NCBI RefSeq assembly: GCF_009914755.1
Contig: NC_060930.1
DNA: 64,000 nucleotides
Reading direction: 5' to 3' (one strand)
Source: the human T2T-CHM13v2.0 reference genome, Homo sapiens
Part shown: positions 1-13,599 of the stretch, one piece after another
Layout: each line of letters starts with the position of its first letter
Numbering within the stretch: position 1 is the first letter of the stretch
Position numbers and translations under genes: made by a program
The notes under the pieces: generated by a model
Told to the model about the DNA's origin: nothing
The model's input: only the letters and a program-made list of their open reading frames with translations
Database searches by the model: none

Positions 1-1167
1 CTGCCCTTCTCCTCTTTTTTCTTTCCTTTGTGCTTGTTGTTTTGCCTCATCTTTGATGCCAACTTAAAAGGAAGAACTCAAATGAATTATAACTGTAAGA
101 TTGTTTTTTCCTCAAAACAAAATAAAAGAATAGTGCTCTTGTCCATAAGGCCATCAAAAACCAGTAGGAACATTTGGTGCAATCAATCTATTACAAACCA
201 ATTTTATAGCTATATAATGAGATCTAATTGCTGCTTTATTAGTCTGGCTAATATTAAAAGTGTCAGTAATTGCTTTGCATTTAAGTTGGTTTTCCAATTT
301 AAATTGCATGTCCAATACATTACCATTAACTTATGTACTGCTTTTATTTAATAGATTTTTCTCTTTCTGGTCTGCATTTATAGAATTTTCCCTTTCTGAC
401 TGGCTGAAATGGGAAAAAGAGAGAAATAGGATAAATAAAAATTTATATTATAAATGCTTGCATTTCTGGGTTGCTATAATGTATCTTCAATACTAAAGAA
501 TTCATGTGACCTGAGATCTTTATCTGGCTATTACTCCAACTACATGTAAAAGAAAAGTTGAGCAAGTGAAATGTTTTGTCAGAGTATACAAAATATTATT
601 AATAATTGAAATAACTGGATTAGCCATTTCCAATTCATTTCATTCAACCATATTAATTAATAGATCAATGTAATGTCTAATGAAGTAACTCAGTGATTGG
701 CAATTGGGGAAATCAAAGAGATTAGAAGGAATCAAATAGATCATTTATACAATTATTTTAAACTGCTGTAGAAATATGGCCCATGTCTTGCATGCTAATG
801 ACCAGGTTCCATGATCACATCCTCTGGAAAAAAAACTTTGTTTTCCAAAAACAATGTATATCTAATTTTTATTAGTCCATTCCACCTTGAGGTAAACTAA
901 ATCAGGTTTCTATGGAAATCAGTAGGAGCCAAGTAACTGTGGGAAACATTCTGTATTTTATGGGTGATTTACTAAACCTGAATTTTCACATCAAGGGCTA
1001 AAAAAACCAATTTGTATTTCAAGTCAATCTCTCTATCTTCGAGACATATATGATGTTTTTTACATTTTTATAATAACTTTAAAGGGATAACGCTCTTGAC
1101 AACATTTTTCTCGTACTTGGTACTTAAAATTTCAAAGCTTCTTCATGCTTTATTGCAGTTCACCTTG

Positions 1168-1360
1168 TCAGTATAGCTACAGTGGCTAGACCATGAGCTC
1201 TGGAGTTGGACAGCCTAGATCAACATCCTGGATCCTCTTCCTACCTGTGTGTCCTTGGGTAAGTTACTTAATCATTCTGTGCTTCAATTTCCTCATTTGT
1301 AAAATGGGGATAATAATAAAAACTGCTTCTTAGGATTGTTTTGAAGTTTGAATAAAATAA
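1168..1360 (+). mobile_element. MIR SINE fragment
   Basis: MIR core 'tgtgtccttgggtaagttacttaatcattctgtgcttcaatttcctcatttgtaaaatgggg'; ends approximate. Confidence 0.85.
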
Positions 1361-2099
1361 AAACTAAGCACCCTCTCTATAAAAGAAGCTTTTATTAATA
1401 TTACTATTATCTTAAAACCAATGGTAGCAAATTAAAAATTCATAAGATATTTAAATAATATTTCTGCCAACACATGGCAGAATAGTTCTGATCTAGCATT
1501 TGGTGACCATTATAGTTGTACCATGTATTTTGCCAGGTACATAGAAAGACTTTTATGAATATTTCTTGAATGAATGAGTGTTCAGGCCCTAGATAATGTT
1601 TGTTAAAAGAAGCCTGGCATACATACTTTCAGATTACCCTGATGCAATAGTCTGTTCAAGTCAGAAGTCATCTTTGACATGTAATCTCATTTTAGTAGCC
1701 CTCCCTTCTTATTCCATCACTAAGAATTTTTGATGTGAGCAGAAATTGTTACTCTAATCTAGAAGTTACCAATTCATATATAATATAAAGAGGGAAGGTA
1801 TAAGACCATAAGAAGGGAAGAGTTCTAAGTTGAAGTAAAACAAATATGTGCCTTCTATAAAAAGAGCAGTTGTTTTGTGGCTCTTACCAATTTTACTGTG
1901 AAGAAATTTGAACACAATGTCGCCATGATTTCTAGTGATTCAAGAAAAGCTAGAAATCTGATGAAGCATTAAAATTTCCTCAGTTTTTATTGTGTGGGCC
2001 AGAAACCAAAAAAATTAAAATGCGCAAAGAACAAAACAGGCTCTTGTGAGATGTAGGTTTACAGCTTCTGGTTAATTATTTCTGCTCTCCTCTCCAATT

Positions 2100-3200
2100 C
2101 CCAAGCATCTGTCTGTGCAGTACCTGTTTCCTGCCCCACCATCCTCACTCATCATGCTCACTGCATTTACCTCCAGAAGTTCTTCTTACAGCTCCTTTTG
2201 CCTCCACATTGCAGCCTGAATGCCTTCTTACCACATTGATTCAGTCACACCATTTCCTTCTTTAAACCCTTGGGTGGCTGTCTATTTTTCTCAGGATGAA
2301 GACCAAATCTTCAACATGTTCTACAAGGCCTGCCCACCTGGCCCATGCACCTCACTCTGCACTCTAGACATGCTGCTTCATTTCCAGCGTATGGGGTACC
2401 CTTTTTCTTCCTGTTTCATGTACTTTGCACATGCTAATTCTAAGAACTCTGCTTATTCCCTGTACTGGGTTAAATAATGTCCTCCCTCAAATTTATGTTC
2501 ATCCAGAAACTGTGAATGTGACCTTATTTGGAAATAAAGTCTTTGCATATATAGTAAAGTTAAAATGAGGTCTTATTGTGTTAGGATTAAGGTCCTAAAT
2601 CCAATGACTGGTGTCTTTATAGGAAAAGGGATATTTGGACACAAAGACACACACAGGTAGGATCTCATGTGATAATAGAGGCAGAGATTAGGGTTATGTG
2701 TCACAAACTAAGGAACATCAAAGAGTGCCTGCAACCACCTGAAGCTAGGAGAGAGACATGGAACAGATTTTTTCTCTAAGCCTTCAAATGGAACCAGCCC
2801 TGCTGACATACTGATTTCAGAGTATTGGCCTTTAGAACTGTGAGATAATAAGTTCCTACAGTTTTAATCCTCCAAGTTGTAGCAAATTTTTATGGCAGCC
2901 ACAGGAATCTCATACCCTCTCCCCATGTGTCCACATCCTTCAATTCTCTGCTCATTTCCTTAGAGAAGCCTTTTTAGATTCTCACTTAGATTATGTGTAG
3001 GTTTCATACAATCAGTGAAGCAAAATTGCAGAGTGATATGCAATATATTTATTTACTTGTTTATCTGGGAGAATGTTTGATTACTATTTGTCTCAATGGT
3101 TATCAGGTTTTGAACTCCAAAGGGCAGGCAACAATCTTTCTTTTTTTGCCCACCTTTTATTCCCCTGACCATTAAATGAGATGAATGGATGAATAAAATG
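2100..3200 (+). mobile_element. Degraded L2 3' region, split by an MLT1 LTR
   Basis: L2-like motifs 'aaatcttcaacatgttctacaaggcctg', 'tttgcacatgct', 'ttccttagagaagcct', 'agggcaggca', ending in a tgaatggatgaat tail. Confidence 0.6.
2461..2916 (+). mobile_element. MLT1B/MLT1C-like MaLR solo LTR
   Basis: Starts 'tgtactgggttaaataatgtcc', internal 'gtgaatgtgaccttatttggaaata' and 'agaactgtgagataataa', ends 'atggcagccacaggaatctcatac'. Confidence 0.85.
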
Positions 3201-4674
3201 GATGGCTTTTGATGATTTAAGAAGAATCAAAAAGTATTAATAGTTAATTTCTCAGTTACAGTTTTTTAATTGTTGTTTATCTTTGAACAAGTCACTTCAT
3301 CTCTCTGGGAATCTGTTTTCTCACTTATGAAGCAAAGCAAGAGAACTAGGTTATTTCTGAGGCTTGGTTCAACTCTAACATTCCATGGGTCTGTGATTCC
3401 TTCTGCTAAAAATTCTTCCTGAGACATTGGCCACATGGGTGAGCTCACACACCTGCGGAAAATAGATCAGTTTCAAGAATATTTTATATAATTTTATAGT
3501 CACTATTAACATACCATTTACTGTGACTTGAATGTGATGAACAGTAAAAATATGTTTACGTGTTATATTCCCAAAGTCTAGCATTGTTCCTGGTAATTTT
3601 AGCCACTCAAAAACATTTGTTGCAATAATTAATTAAGGCAAGGACTAAATGTGTGTTTGGAATGGAGAATCTTTGGAACACCACAGTGTACTCAAATTGT
3701 ACCATCAAGGTTCTCTCTTGCCCCAAATAGTGGTGACTGAAACCAATATGAGAGTTTAGAAGATCAATATTTTTCATTTTTTTCTTATTCTGGTCTCCTA
3801 AATGCCTTTATCATTGAAAAGGCCACAGGGAAAAAAATCAAGAAAAGTTAAGACATAAAACCAGATATCTGAGGTAATTAGATTCATTTCACTTCACTTC
3901 CATCATCAGCTGGGTCCTTGGGGTCTGTCAACAAAGAAAATCTAGAAAGAAAATGGAGATTTTTTTAAAAGTTACTTGACTTCATGTAGGATTTGGAAAG
4001 CAACCACTCTGAGGCTTTTTCTTTTCTTTTTTTCCCTGCCTGGTCTTGTCCTGAATCTTCATCCAACATGCTGTGATGCTGGTAATTTGTTAAATATCAC
4101 GCAGATCCTCAGTGCTGAGTGAGGCTTTATATGCTTTATATTTTGCACATGTTGGGTAGTAATTGGGGATTTGTATTTTCCATGGGGAAATTTATCTGAG
4201 TAGTGAGGTTTGTTTCTCTTTTATAAAAGGATTGCTTTTTTTTTTTTTCTCATGGCTTGGCTGTTGTGATCTCTGATTATTTTTTTTAAAGGATGACCTA
4301 TGCCACCCCAGTATGGTGATTATGATTTCTAATGCTGATTATTTATTGCCTCAGGCAAGGGATACCAGGGTCCCACTCTGTAGAAAGAAGCATCTCAGGA
4401 ACCACTAAGAAGTGAAGTGCTGGCTTTTATATACTCCCAAACTGAAATAATACTTATTCTTTATAATACTGATTAGAAGAAATATTAAATATTTATATAA
4501 CTATTTGTGTAATGGTCATCCTTCTTGCTGAAATTTTAACTCCTTGAAAGAACTATGGCTTGTTAAGAATCCTATATGTGACCAGATACTTGGAAAAAGA
4601 AAGAATCCTTATCTCATTCTTGATTCAAACTTAGGCATTCTTGCCTTGGGTATGGGAGGCTGTCAAAGAGGGGA

Positions 4675-5180
4675 GGTCTTAGCCCACATTGCCTTCAAAA
4701 GCAGAGTCAGAGCTAAAGGCTCATGTGCAGGTGGTTTATTTCAAAACTGGCACCAGGAAGCAGGGGAGAAAAACAGGGAAAGAATAGAATCAGGGAAGGA
4801 AAAAAAGCCAATATAAAGATTCAGTATTGAGTTGACAATTCCTGTGGATATCTGGTGCTCATTGCCACTGGGACCTCCTGAGTAGTATCAAACACATTTC
4901 ACATTTGTCTGCCCAGGTTCAAATGGATAAAGCATTTACCACTTGCTATCATCTGTTGTTGGAGAGTTGTCCCAAGTTTAAGTGTCCTATAAATTAGAAT
5001 TGTACCATGTGAAATGCCAAGTGGGCTCTAACAAGCATCCACACTGTGGTGTCCAAGTAGCACTCGGACAGGAGTGAGAATCACTCTGTTTGTGCCAGAG
5101 ATAGACACTGCCAATGTGCATCTGGTAAAAGTTTGTACAGAACCATTGGGGTTGAAAGGAAGTGAGGTAGTGTCCAAGAA
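4675..5180 (-). mobile_element. ERVL solo LTR (LTR33/LTR16-like)
   Basis: 'aaagcagagtcagagctaaaggctcatgtgcaggtggtttattt...cagggaaggaaaaaaagccaatataaag' resembles the reverse of LTR33/LTR16; ends approximate. Confidence 0.55.
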
Positions 5181-5467
5181 CTTGCTTGATGACAATAGTA
5201 ACTCTTTTAATCTAGACAGGTGTCATGTCGACATAGACATAACACCATACATAATCTGTAAGTTAGTACATAAGTCTGTAAGTTAGTTCTCAAGTCTGTA
5301 TGGTACACATTAAGCTAACCTGCTTCTCTATTCAACAAAAACATCTAACAAATGATTAAGTCAATCTAGTAATCCAGCTTGTTAAGATTGTCTTGTCAGC
5401 CAACCATGGGACTGGAATTTCCTAGTTTTATAAATTCCATGGACCCCAAAAGTAGAAAGATGGTGTC

Positions 5468-5684
5468 CAGTGATGTGCTGATAAATACTTATCAACACTT
5501 AAAACCCAGCGACCTAGGAGAAAAATAAATCCTTGATTTCTAGTTTGAAAATTTCTATGGGACAAATATTCCCATCATGGCCAGTTTCAAGCAACTAGTG
5601 TGATGTCACTTAATGCAAAGCTGGGAAGAGATGTGCACAATTTGCTCTTGAGAGCTAGGATTAGTCAACCCCAGTGCACCAATG
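5468..5684. mobile_element. MER63A-like hAT-Blackjack MITE
   Basis: Degenerate TIRs 'cagtgatgtgctg' / 'cagtgcaccaatg', internal 'cccatcatggccagtttcaagc' and 'gggaagagatgtgcacaat'. Confidence 0.8.
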
Positions 5685-5734
5685 GGGGTGCCATAGGTAC
5701 ACAGTTAATTAGAACAAGAGGTTCTACAGCAAGA

Positions 5735-5945
5735 TCGTTAGGATTTAGCATCTGAATACCAAAGTTTAAATTCTAACCCTATTACTTGTACAACTTTGGT
5801 AAATTTCCTACCTCCTCTATGCCACAATTTTTCTTCTCTAAAATGAGCATAATGAAAGTACCATCTTATAGGGTTTCTGTGAAAATTGAGATCATTCATG
5901 CAAAGCATTACCCATTTATTATATGGTATCTGGCATATGATAAGT
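5735..5945 (+). mobile_element. MIR fragment
   Basis: 'ttcttctctaaaatgagcataatgaaagtaccatcttatagggtttctgtgaaaattga...tggtatctggcatatg'. Confidence 0.75.
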
Positions 5946-6929
5946 ACAGGAGGGTGGGCCAGGTGGTGAAAGAGGCAGTGCTGGGGCATATATGAGTTGG
6001 GAAGTAATAAAAGGAGTTTAACTGAAATTTTGTACTTTAAAATATGTACAAAAAGCAATTGTGAATAGCTTAGGAATATTCAAACTCTGCTCATCCATTC
6101 TACCTGCACTGGACATATCATAATATCAATAATTTGTTTTAAAAGATGATTCTTATAAAGGAGCAAATAAAGTTCTTAGTCAATTGATAGGAATATTAAT
6201 AGTAGAGAATATGATATAATCAAATCAAAATATAATTTTTCTATGAGCCATCATCTTCAAGTGGCATGGATATTATTTTGTTATGAGGAAATTTAGAAAG
6301 GATTTTAGGATGTGTTAGCAAAATTTTGTCAAGAAAACAGAATAAAGAAAGAAAGCAAAAATAAAAAAGCCTATTTAGTAGTAAAACTATTTGGTGGCCA
6401 CATTTCCATTTAAACAGTGGATTTACTAATTTTAACATGTATAGTTATTAATATTTTTCTAAGAATCCTTAATACAGATTAAGAGCCTAGCACTTACCAC
6501 CTGTTTTACTATGTGAACTTGAATTAATGAGATTATATTTTCTTCAAAATGTTCTTCTCTATTGAAATTTTCTTGTAATTCAGAATGGCCTCACCATACC
6601 CTAGTGCTTCTAATTAGGTCAAATTAATGAGGTCTTACTATGGTATATGTCAAAAAAGGGATAATAACATCGATTCTTATAATTGAGTAATCATTTTACA
6701 AAAATGACAGCCCTAACAGTCTATTATCTCTGTCATATAAACTTGGAACCCCAATTCAATGTCTGATTTTTCCCTCACCCTCCACATTTAATCTCTATAA
6801 CCAATTCTTTTGATATTAAATATTACTTGCCCTATAAGCTTGTTGTAAGTGTTAAGCAAAAAATACATATCAGGTTTTAGAACAATGCCTGACCCATTGT
6901 AAGCTAATTTGCTCTTTATTTGTCTACCT

Positions 6930-6985
6930 CATCTATCTATCCATCCATCCATCCATCCATCCATCATCCATCCATTCATCCATCT
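6930..6985. repeat. (CATC)n microsatellite
   Basis: atctatctatccatccatccatcc... Confidence 0.9.
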
Positions 6986-8099
6986 CTGTTATTATAATTC
7001 CACCATTATAATGCCTCTTGCATGCAGCTCTCTATTTGTGCTTTCAAAGAGTTTCAGCCCCTCACTTTTCAGTCTGAAGTACTGCATGAACCTTACAACT
7101 TACACACCTGGCTACAATTCTTCTCCTACTCCAGACTTTGAGTGAAATATAAGAATTCACCATTTTCTGCAATCTAACCCCAAACTGACATTTTGTCTCA
7201 TCTCCCATGATGTAACTTGTCAACTAATTCTCAAGATCATTACTTTCAGCTTTTGTAATTTTTTTTTCTCTGAGTGGTTTTAACATGACACCATAAAAAA
7301 AAAGATACAGGAAACGTACAGATTAACCAGAGAGGGAGAAAATAAAGATGAAAGAAACAGTAAAGAATGCGGCATTTTTAGTCCTTAAAGTTCACTTTGC
7401 TGAATGGTTGTGAAATATTGAGGGGAATCTAATATCTATGGGAACCAATTTCTTTTGGTTGAATCTTTTTTCAAGACATGAAGCATGATGCACATTAGGA
7501 GAAGAAAAGCAAACTTGTGCACTGATTGGAGCAAGGGCCTGGAAGTCCAAATGCCAGACTTCCCTGCCTCATCTGCTCCAAATGCAGAGAAGGAGACTGG
7601 AAAAATGAGTTGCCATCAGTTGAAAATACTTTGGCTATATTTGATAATCAAATGTAAACTTATTCAGTCCATTTACTTACCCAAAAATGAAGACTTAGCA
7701 AAGATTAAAAAGGATGCCTAATTAAAAAAAAAAAAAAAAAGATTGAGTGTTGCTTTGAGTCATTCTTCACCTGAAAGCATTGCATTCCAATATTCTGGAA
7801 GTGGTATAGATTTCAATATTGTACCATATAAGAAAGTAAGCCAGATTATCATTACTCTATATAAGGTAAACAAACCTTCTGATATTCTCAACCGAGCAAG
7901 TTACTTCAATATTTGAAAGAGAATTGGAGTGACCTTACTCCTTGTTATGTACATTCTATATAGATAATTATATCTTATAAAAATAATGTTGAATATGCCT
8001 AAATTTTGAGGCAGGCTGAGAAATTTAGTGAATGCACTTCAGTGCTTAGAAATTCTTGAGTAGAGTAAAAATAATGTTATGAAGGCACTAACAAACAAC

Positions 8100-8255
8100 T
8101 ATATATATATAGACCAATTTCTTAGTCTATATATGTGTATGTGTGTATATATGCCTATATGTGTATGTGTGTATGTGTGTCTATGTATGTGTGTGTACAC
8201 ATATGCACACACATACACACATACCCATATACACATATATAGACTAAGAAATTGG
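8100..8255. repeat. TA/TG/CA microsatellite inside a 142-bp inverted repeat
   Basis: 8114-8140 is the exact reverse complement of 8229-8255. Confidence 0.9.
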
Positions 8256-8959
8256 AGAAACTGACAGGATTATTTAGATTCATAGGAATTTACATATTGC
8301 AGTAGGTTTTTTGGTTTTCTGAGAGAAAAAAAATGTTTCTTTTATTCATGTATGGAGGAGCATTTTGTGTTTTGGTAGCAGGCACTTGGCATTTGGTTAG
8401 TCCCAGTTTCTGCTCCAGAGCAAAACCATATTGAGTAAGATGACCCTTCTACCTTAAAGGTTACTATTGCTTAACAGATTGCAGATTTTTAACCTGGGGC
8501 CACAGCATGAGTTGGAAGAAGGATTTCGGAACCCGTGCCCAACAATACAATCAGTTCCATTATGTGACTTGTTTCATGTTACATTCATGCTTTATTTAGT
8601 CCTGCTTCTGACACATTTGTTTTAAAGGGGTTTGTGTGTTTGCTTGGTTTATTCCCTTTCAGAGGATATGTATGTTTCTGAGAAATACTTGGTTTTCATC
8701 CTCACTTTTGAAAACATAGATCAATTTGGAGAAGTTTGTTTTGTGGATATCAACATAGTATAATAGTGACTTTGAATAGCTGAACTCCAAATACATAGAG
8801 CTCATAATATTTAAAAAACTAAGAGCCTAAAGAGCCATTCTCACTTTAGGAAAGGATGTAGGTGTTTTGGGATAAGGATGGAACTGACATAATTGACCAA
8901 GAGAGTTTTGCTCACAAGTCTATGCGAGTGCTTATGTCACGATATTAAATTATCTACTT

Positions 8960-9095
8960 ATGTGCCTGTCTCCCACATCTGACTATGAGCTCCTTCCCAG
9001 CAGAATCCATTTATTATTCATCTTTGTATCTTGAGGCCTGAGGATATAGGACCTCACCTGGTACATAGTGGGTCCTCAATAAATGCGTGACAGGA
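8960..9095 (+). mobile_element. L2 3' end
   Basis: 'tgtctcccacatctgactatgagctcc...cctggtacatagtgggtcctcaataaatg'. Confidence 0.75.
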
Positions 9096-10222
9096 TGAGA
9101 TAAATTTAAATGACTTGACCATTCCTTTGAGTTCTCAGCAGTATGCAGCAGATGTGTTCACAGGTGGAATCCTTTCCTATTTAACAATATCCACCCCAGT
9201 GTGTTATAGCAAGAATATTATCCCTAAGCAAGGCTCCCTTTTATAGGCATTAAAAGGTGAATCCCAAGCCCTTGAACATAAAAAACCGTGCAGAAGCTAA
9301 AGCCCATAGTGTTATAAGAACAGGGTATGTGGCCTCCTAGAAAATGCCACCATTGTCTTGCCAGGAACATAAGCTAGGAACGAAGTGAGGCAGTCTTACA
9401 ACAAGGAACACCTAATCCACATCTAGTGTAAGAGATGATCTGGGGCTACTTGTGTGGGTGCCTGGAAGTTATTTGAGAAGTAACTATTTATTTACTCATT
9501 CATTGAACAAATGAGTACAAATGAGTCCATACTGGGTACTAGGCATTGTATCAGGAACTGGAAAAAATAAAGAAAAATAAAGATGTGGCCCCTGCCCTTA
9601 GGAGGTCCACAGTTCAGTACAAAACATAATAATACTTTGGTTTCACCAATGTTGTAAAATAATATTAATTAATGTTATTGTTAACACAAATTGGGCATGA
9701 CACATAATGTGCATGGAGTTTGCATCAGACTTTTAAACATTCAGTGTTTGTGCTTGTTTTGCTCTTTTATTTATTTTGTTTATGATCTTTTATTTTGTTT
9801 ATGCTCTTGTTTATGCTCTTTTATTCAGTATCTATGATGCACTTGGCACTATGGGTATATAAATGAAGATGTGATATCTTCCTGCAAGCACTTATGATGC
9901 AGCAGTATTGCTAGAGGAACACACCCAAGTATGCCTAATGCCAATATGGAAAGTTGTCTGAGTACAGAGGCTGTCAAAAGACACAAGGAATGAGACTTTC
10001 TAAAATACTATGGACCAAGTACTTCGACTGGTTCAATGTGCTTCCTAAACAAAGACAAAAATAATTTTTCGTTCAAAAGATGCTACATTTGGGAAGAGAA
10101 AACTTTTTCAACATTATCAGTCACTGGCTGTATGATCTTGGATAAAATCTCCTGAGCCTCAAGTTTTTTTCACTTGAGCTAGAGAAGCTCTAAGACATCT
10201 TGGAATTCTAATAATAGTCAAA

Positions 10223-10696
10223 TGTATTAGTCAGGGTTCTCCAGAGAAACAGAAGCAATAGGATATATATAGATATAGAAGAGAGGGTTTATGATGGGAA
10301 TTGGCTCATAGTGTGCCACCTGCAAGCTGAAGAGGCCAGAAAGCTGGTGGGGTAATTCAGCCTGAGCACAAAGGCCTGAAAATCAGGGGAGCCACAGGTT
10401 TAAGTCCCAGAGTTCCATGGCCCAAGAACCAGAAATTCTGATGTCCACAGGCAGGAGGAGATGGATGCACCATCTCCAGAAGACAGTGAATTTACCCTTC
10501 CTCTGACTTTTTGTTATGTCAAGGCCCTGTTCTACAGATTAGATAATGCTGGCACACATGGGTGCGGGCAGATCTTTACTCGGTCTACTGATTCAAATGC
10601 CAACCTCTTCCAAAAACATCCTTACAGACACACCCAGAAATAATGTTTTACCAACTCTGTGGCCAGTCAAGTTGATACATAAAATTAACCATCTCA
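10223..10696 (-). mobile_element. MLT2B-like ERVL solo LTR
   Basis: 'tgtattagtcagggttctccagagaaacaga' at one end and 'gtcaagttgatacataaaattaaccatctca' at the other. Confidence 0.9.
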
Positions 10697-12479
10697 GCTA
10701 CTATAAAGGTACACACCATAAAATAACTCTAGCACCATACAGAACAAAACACAATCAAATCTTAGAGTGAAGCTCAAATGCTGTAGTGAAGCCAGACCCA
10801 GAATCTGAGTACATTTCTGATGTAAGCCAAGTTGAACTTTAAATTTAAAAAGAACAATTCAAGTGTATTACTCTTTGCAATTCCCCAATAACATGCCATT
10901 CAGAGAAAACATACGTAATGTTAGGATATCACATTTTGCAAATTTTCTTCAGATATGAATCAACATTTAATGATTTCCATTGGGAAGTTTTAGAAAGCAT
11001 GAGAACATGGATGTTACTAAATTGTGTGGGGAATCACATTTTGTACACACATGCTCTCTTATCTCTTTTATAGTCATAACCTGGTGAACTGTTAGTGTCA
11101 TGCATTAATCTGTAGGTAACTGACCTACTGGGTAAAGGCAGTCAGCAGTGCCAAGCCTGGGGCATGTTTCTTTCCTGATAATTGTCTGTTACCCTCTTGT
11201 CCGCTCCATGTAGTACGGGGTTTTTTTTCCCTTTGCTTTCAGCAACAAAGGTTTGGTGTATTACTTAGTACAAAGTTTGAATGTTCTAAATAACCTCTGA
11301 TTTATTGAACCCCACCTCTCAAATACTGGGTCCTTATTTTGCTATCTGGAGGCTTCTCGGATTACTATCATCCACTGAAAAAAATGCTTAGTCTACTCTC
11401 AGCCTTTCTACTTTAAACCTTCTCTACCCTTCACCTCAAAGAATAAGAAAAAAAGTAGTAAATTATTATTTTAGCAAGATATATGAAAATATTTCCCACA
11501 TTTTCCTGTCCTAACAACGCTAACTTAGCTGGTAAGTGTGTCTCAGAGGACACTGAGGTTGGTTGGGTAGTATCTGCACTTGATGAAACTCTGCTTACTT
11601 GCGTTTCTTTAGTTTGTTGCTCCGGAATTTTGCCAAAGATTAAGGTAAATTTACTACTTTCACACTCCAGAATAATATTTAACTTCTTTGTGAAAATTGG
11701 GTCAATATATGGCCATTTCAAGGTTATGAATATCACAGTTATCATATAGTTTTTATATGATTCACAAATATTTTTAGGCATTGAAATAAAAATGATGGTG
11801 TTTGGACATTCTGTCCTTAGACTCTAAATGTTAGAGGGTGAGTGTGAAAAATGCCTGTAGTTGATAATTGGCAAATTTAGTGCTTGACTCTGGGCATCTT
11901 TCATCATTCTGAGCCTGGGCCCTCATTTTCTTCCTCTCCTTTACTCACTGCCCTCCCTTCTCACCTCCCACTCCGTTGTGCATGTGTCTGATGAAAGTTA
12001 CTCACCTTGTAAATTTCTGCTTAAGCATCTTCTTTTCATTTATTACAAGGATAAGTTGCTCAATCCACCACATGTGCTCTGTTATGTGCTACATATTGAC
12101 AGCATAGGATGCTTAACATCTTTTCAGCCCAGTTTGTGTATACGTCTAATGCCTCAGCCCACTGCCAAGCTCGCAATGTGTGTGAACTTGATGAAGTCAG
12201 CAAATTGTGTCTTCCTAAACTCTGTTTTCTCTACGAAGAGCTACAGTGTCTAACACATAGGGACAATAAAACTTATTGAAAGAAATAGAGTTCAGCCTCA
12301 ACTTTCACGCCTCAAAGATTCAGAAAATATTGTGATATACATGCTGCTTGTTCCTTCTTTCTCTTTGCCTTAATATAGAAGTAACATAACTTTCTAAAGG
12401 TGTTGGAGAGATAAATTATATAATTTCTGATATCTGACAATAAATTAATGAGGTTGTATTTTAAACAATGGCAGGATAT

Positions 12480-12710
12480 TTGCTCAAATGAACATCGTCT
12501 TCTTCCACGCAGTCATCTTGGAAGGTTAAATATTTAGCATGAAATTGTTGCCATTGCTCAAAACTACAGTTTCAGAACTTCTTTGCAAAATTGCTTTTCC
12601 AGTCCTTTTTGAATATCCTCCACATGGCAAATCTTTATTTTTTAAGGTTGAATTAGATTTCTTAAAACAGCCAAAACTTTTTGGGAGCCAAGGTTGGCAG
12701 AAATGAATGC
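12480..12710. mobile_element. MARNA-like mariner relic
   Basis: 'tgccattgctcaaaac...tttgaatatcctc...ggcaaatctt...aaacagccaaaa...ggagccaagg' matches the recalled MARNA consensus. Confidence 0.7.
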
Positions 12711-12945
12711 TTAAACTGTATAATGTTATTGTTAGCTATTTTGGTACACTATGCCTCAGGAGAATGGTGCCTTATATAATTGTAAATTGCTTCCATTGGG
12801 AGAATAATGAGAATAATAATGCAACAGCTGGCCTGCTTCCTCTCATCCTCAGAGTTCCACCTTGTGTGGTCTGCTGTGCGTTGACCTATTTCTACACAGT
12901 TAATAAACGATTTATTTTCTAGTTTTTTTTTAATAATTAGAATGT

Positions 12946-12972
12946 ACACACACACACACACACACACACACA
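12946..12972. repeat. (CA)n microsatellite
   Basis: About 13 CA units. Confidence 0.95.
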
Positions 12973-13290
12973 GCCTCTCCAGGTCTTATTTGCCTAAGTC
13001 TGCTTTTCATAATGTCCAGTATAAAATACTAGAAAGAGCCTTGTTCTTATAAGTCATGAGGGTGGACTCTGGAACCAGCTTAGCCAGTTACAAGCTGTGA
13101 GCCTTTGGACAAGTGACTGAGTCTCATTCTCCCTAACTGTAGAATATACATCGTTATATCAGGACTACAACCCTCAGAGAAAGGTTGGAGGGTTATATGA
13201 GAAAGTGAATGTGAAGGTACTTCCTTTTAGTCACCCACTTTACTACACACATTATTCCAACAGAGTGTCTCTAGCCATATATGGCACTAG

Positions 13291-13331
13291 GTTTGTTTGT
13301 TTGTTTGTTTGTTTGTTTGTTTGTTTGTTTT
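13291..13331. repeat. (GTTT)n microsatellite within an L2 3' remnant
   Basis: About 10 GTTT units; an L2 tail 'gcacctagtaagcactcaataa' follows near 13420. Confidence 0.9.
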
Positions 13332-13599
13332 GCTTCTCTCCCTCCCCTGACAAAGAGTTTGAACTCCTTAAGATAAAGAATCATGGTAGACTTGTATCAG
13401 TATTCCCTATTCAGATTTCGGCACCTAGTAAGCACTCAATAAGTGAGTTTTGTACATAAATTTATAAATGTATTAAGTCTTGATTTCTGTGGAATAAAAA
13501 TTTCACTTCCAGGGAAATATGCCCATTACCACTTTGCCATTATTCTTAGGAACTTTAACATTTGTGGGAGAGATGCTATTTGTCCCACAGTGTCCTTTC

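Noticed and set aside
5255-5300. 20-bp tandem repeat (2.3 copies); similar 10-13-bp duplications at ~22617 and ~23951
   Set aside because: Ordinary slippage duplications with no spacer structure; not CRISPR-like.
11431-11781. 116-aa minus-strand ORF with a protein-like S/T-rich stretch (PEQQTKETQVSRVSSSADTTQPTS)
   Set aside because: No recognisable homology, no convincing splice acceptor and only a weak donor; overlapping ORFs on both strands are compatible with chance. RNA-seq or PhyloCSF would settle it.
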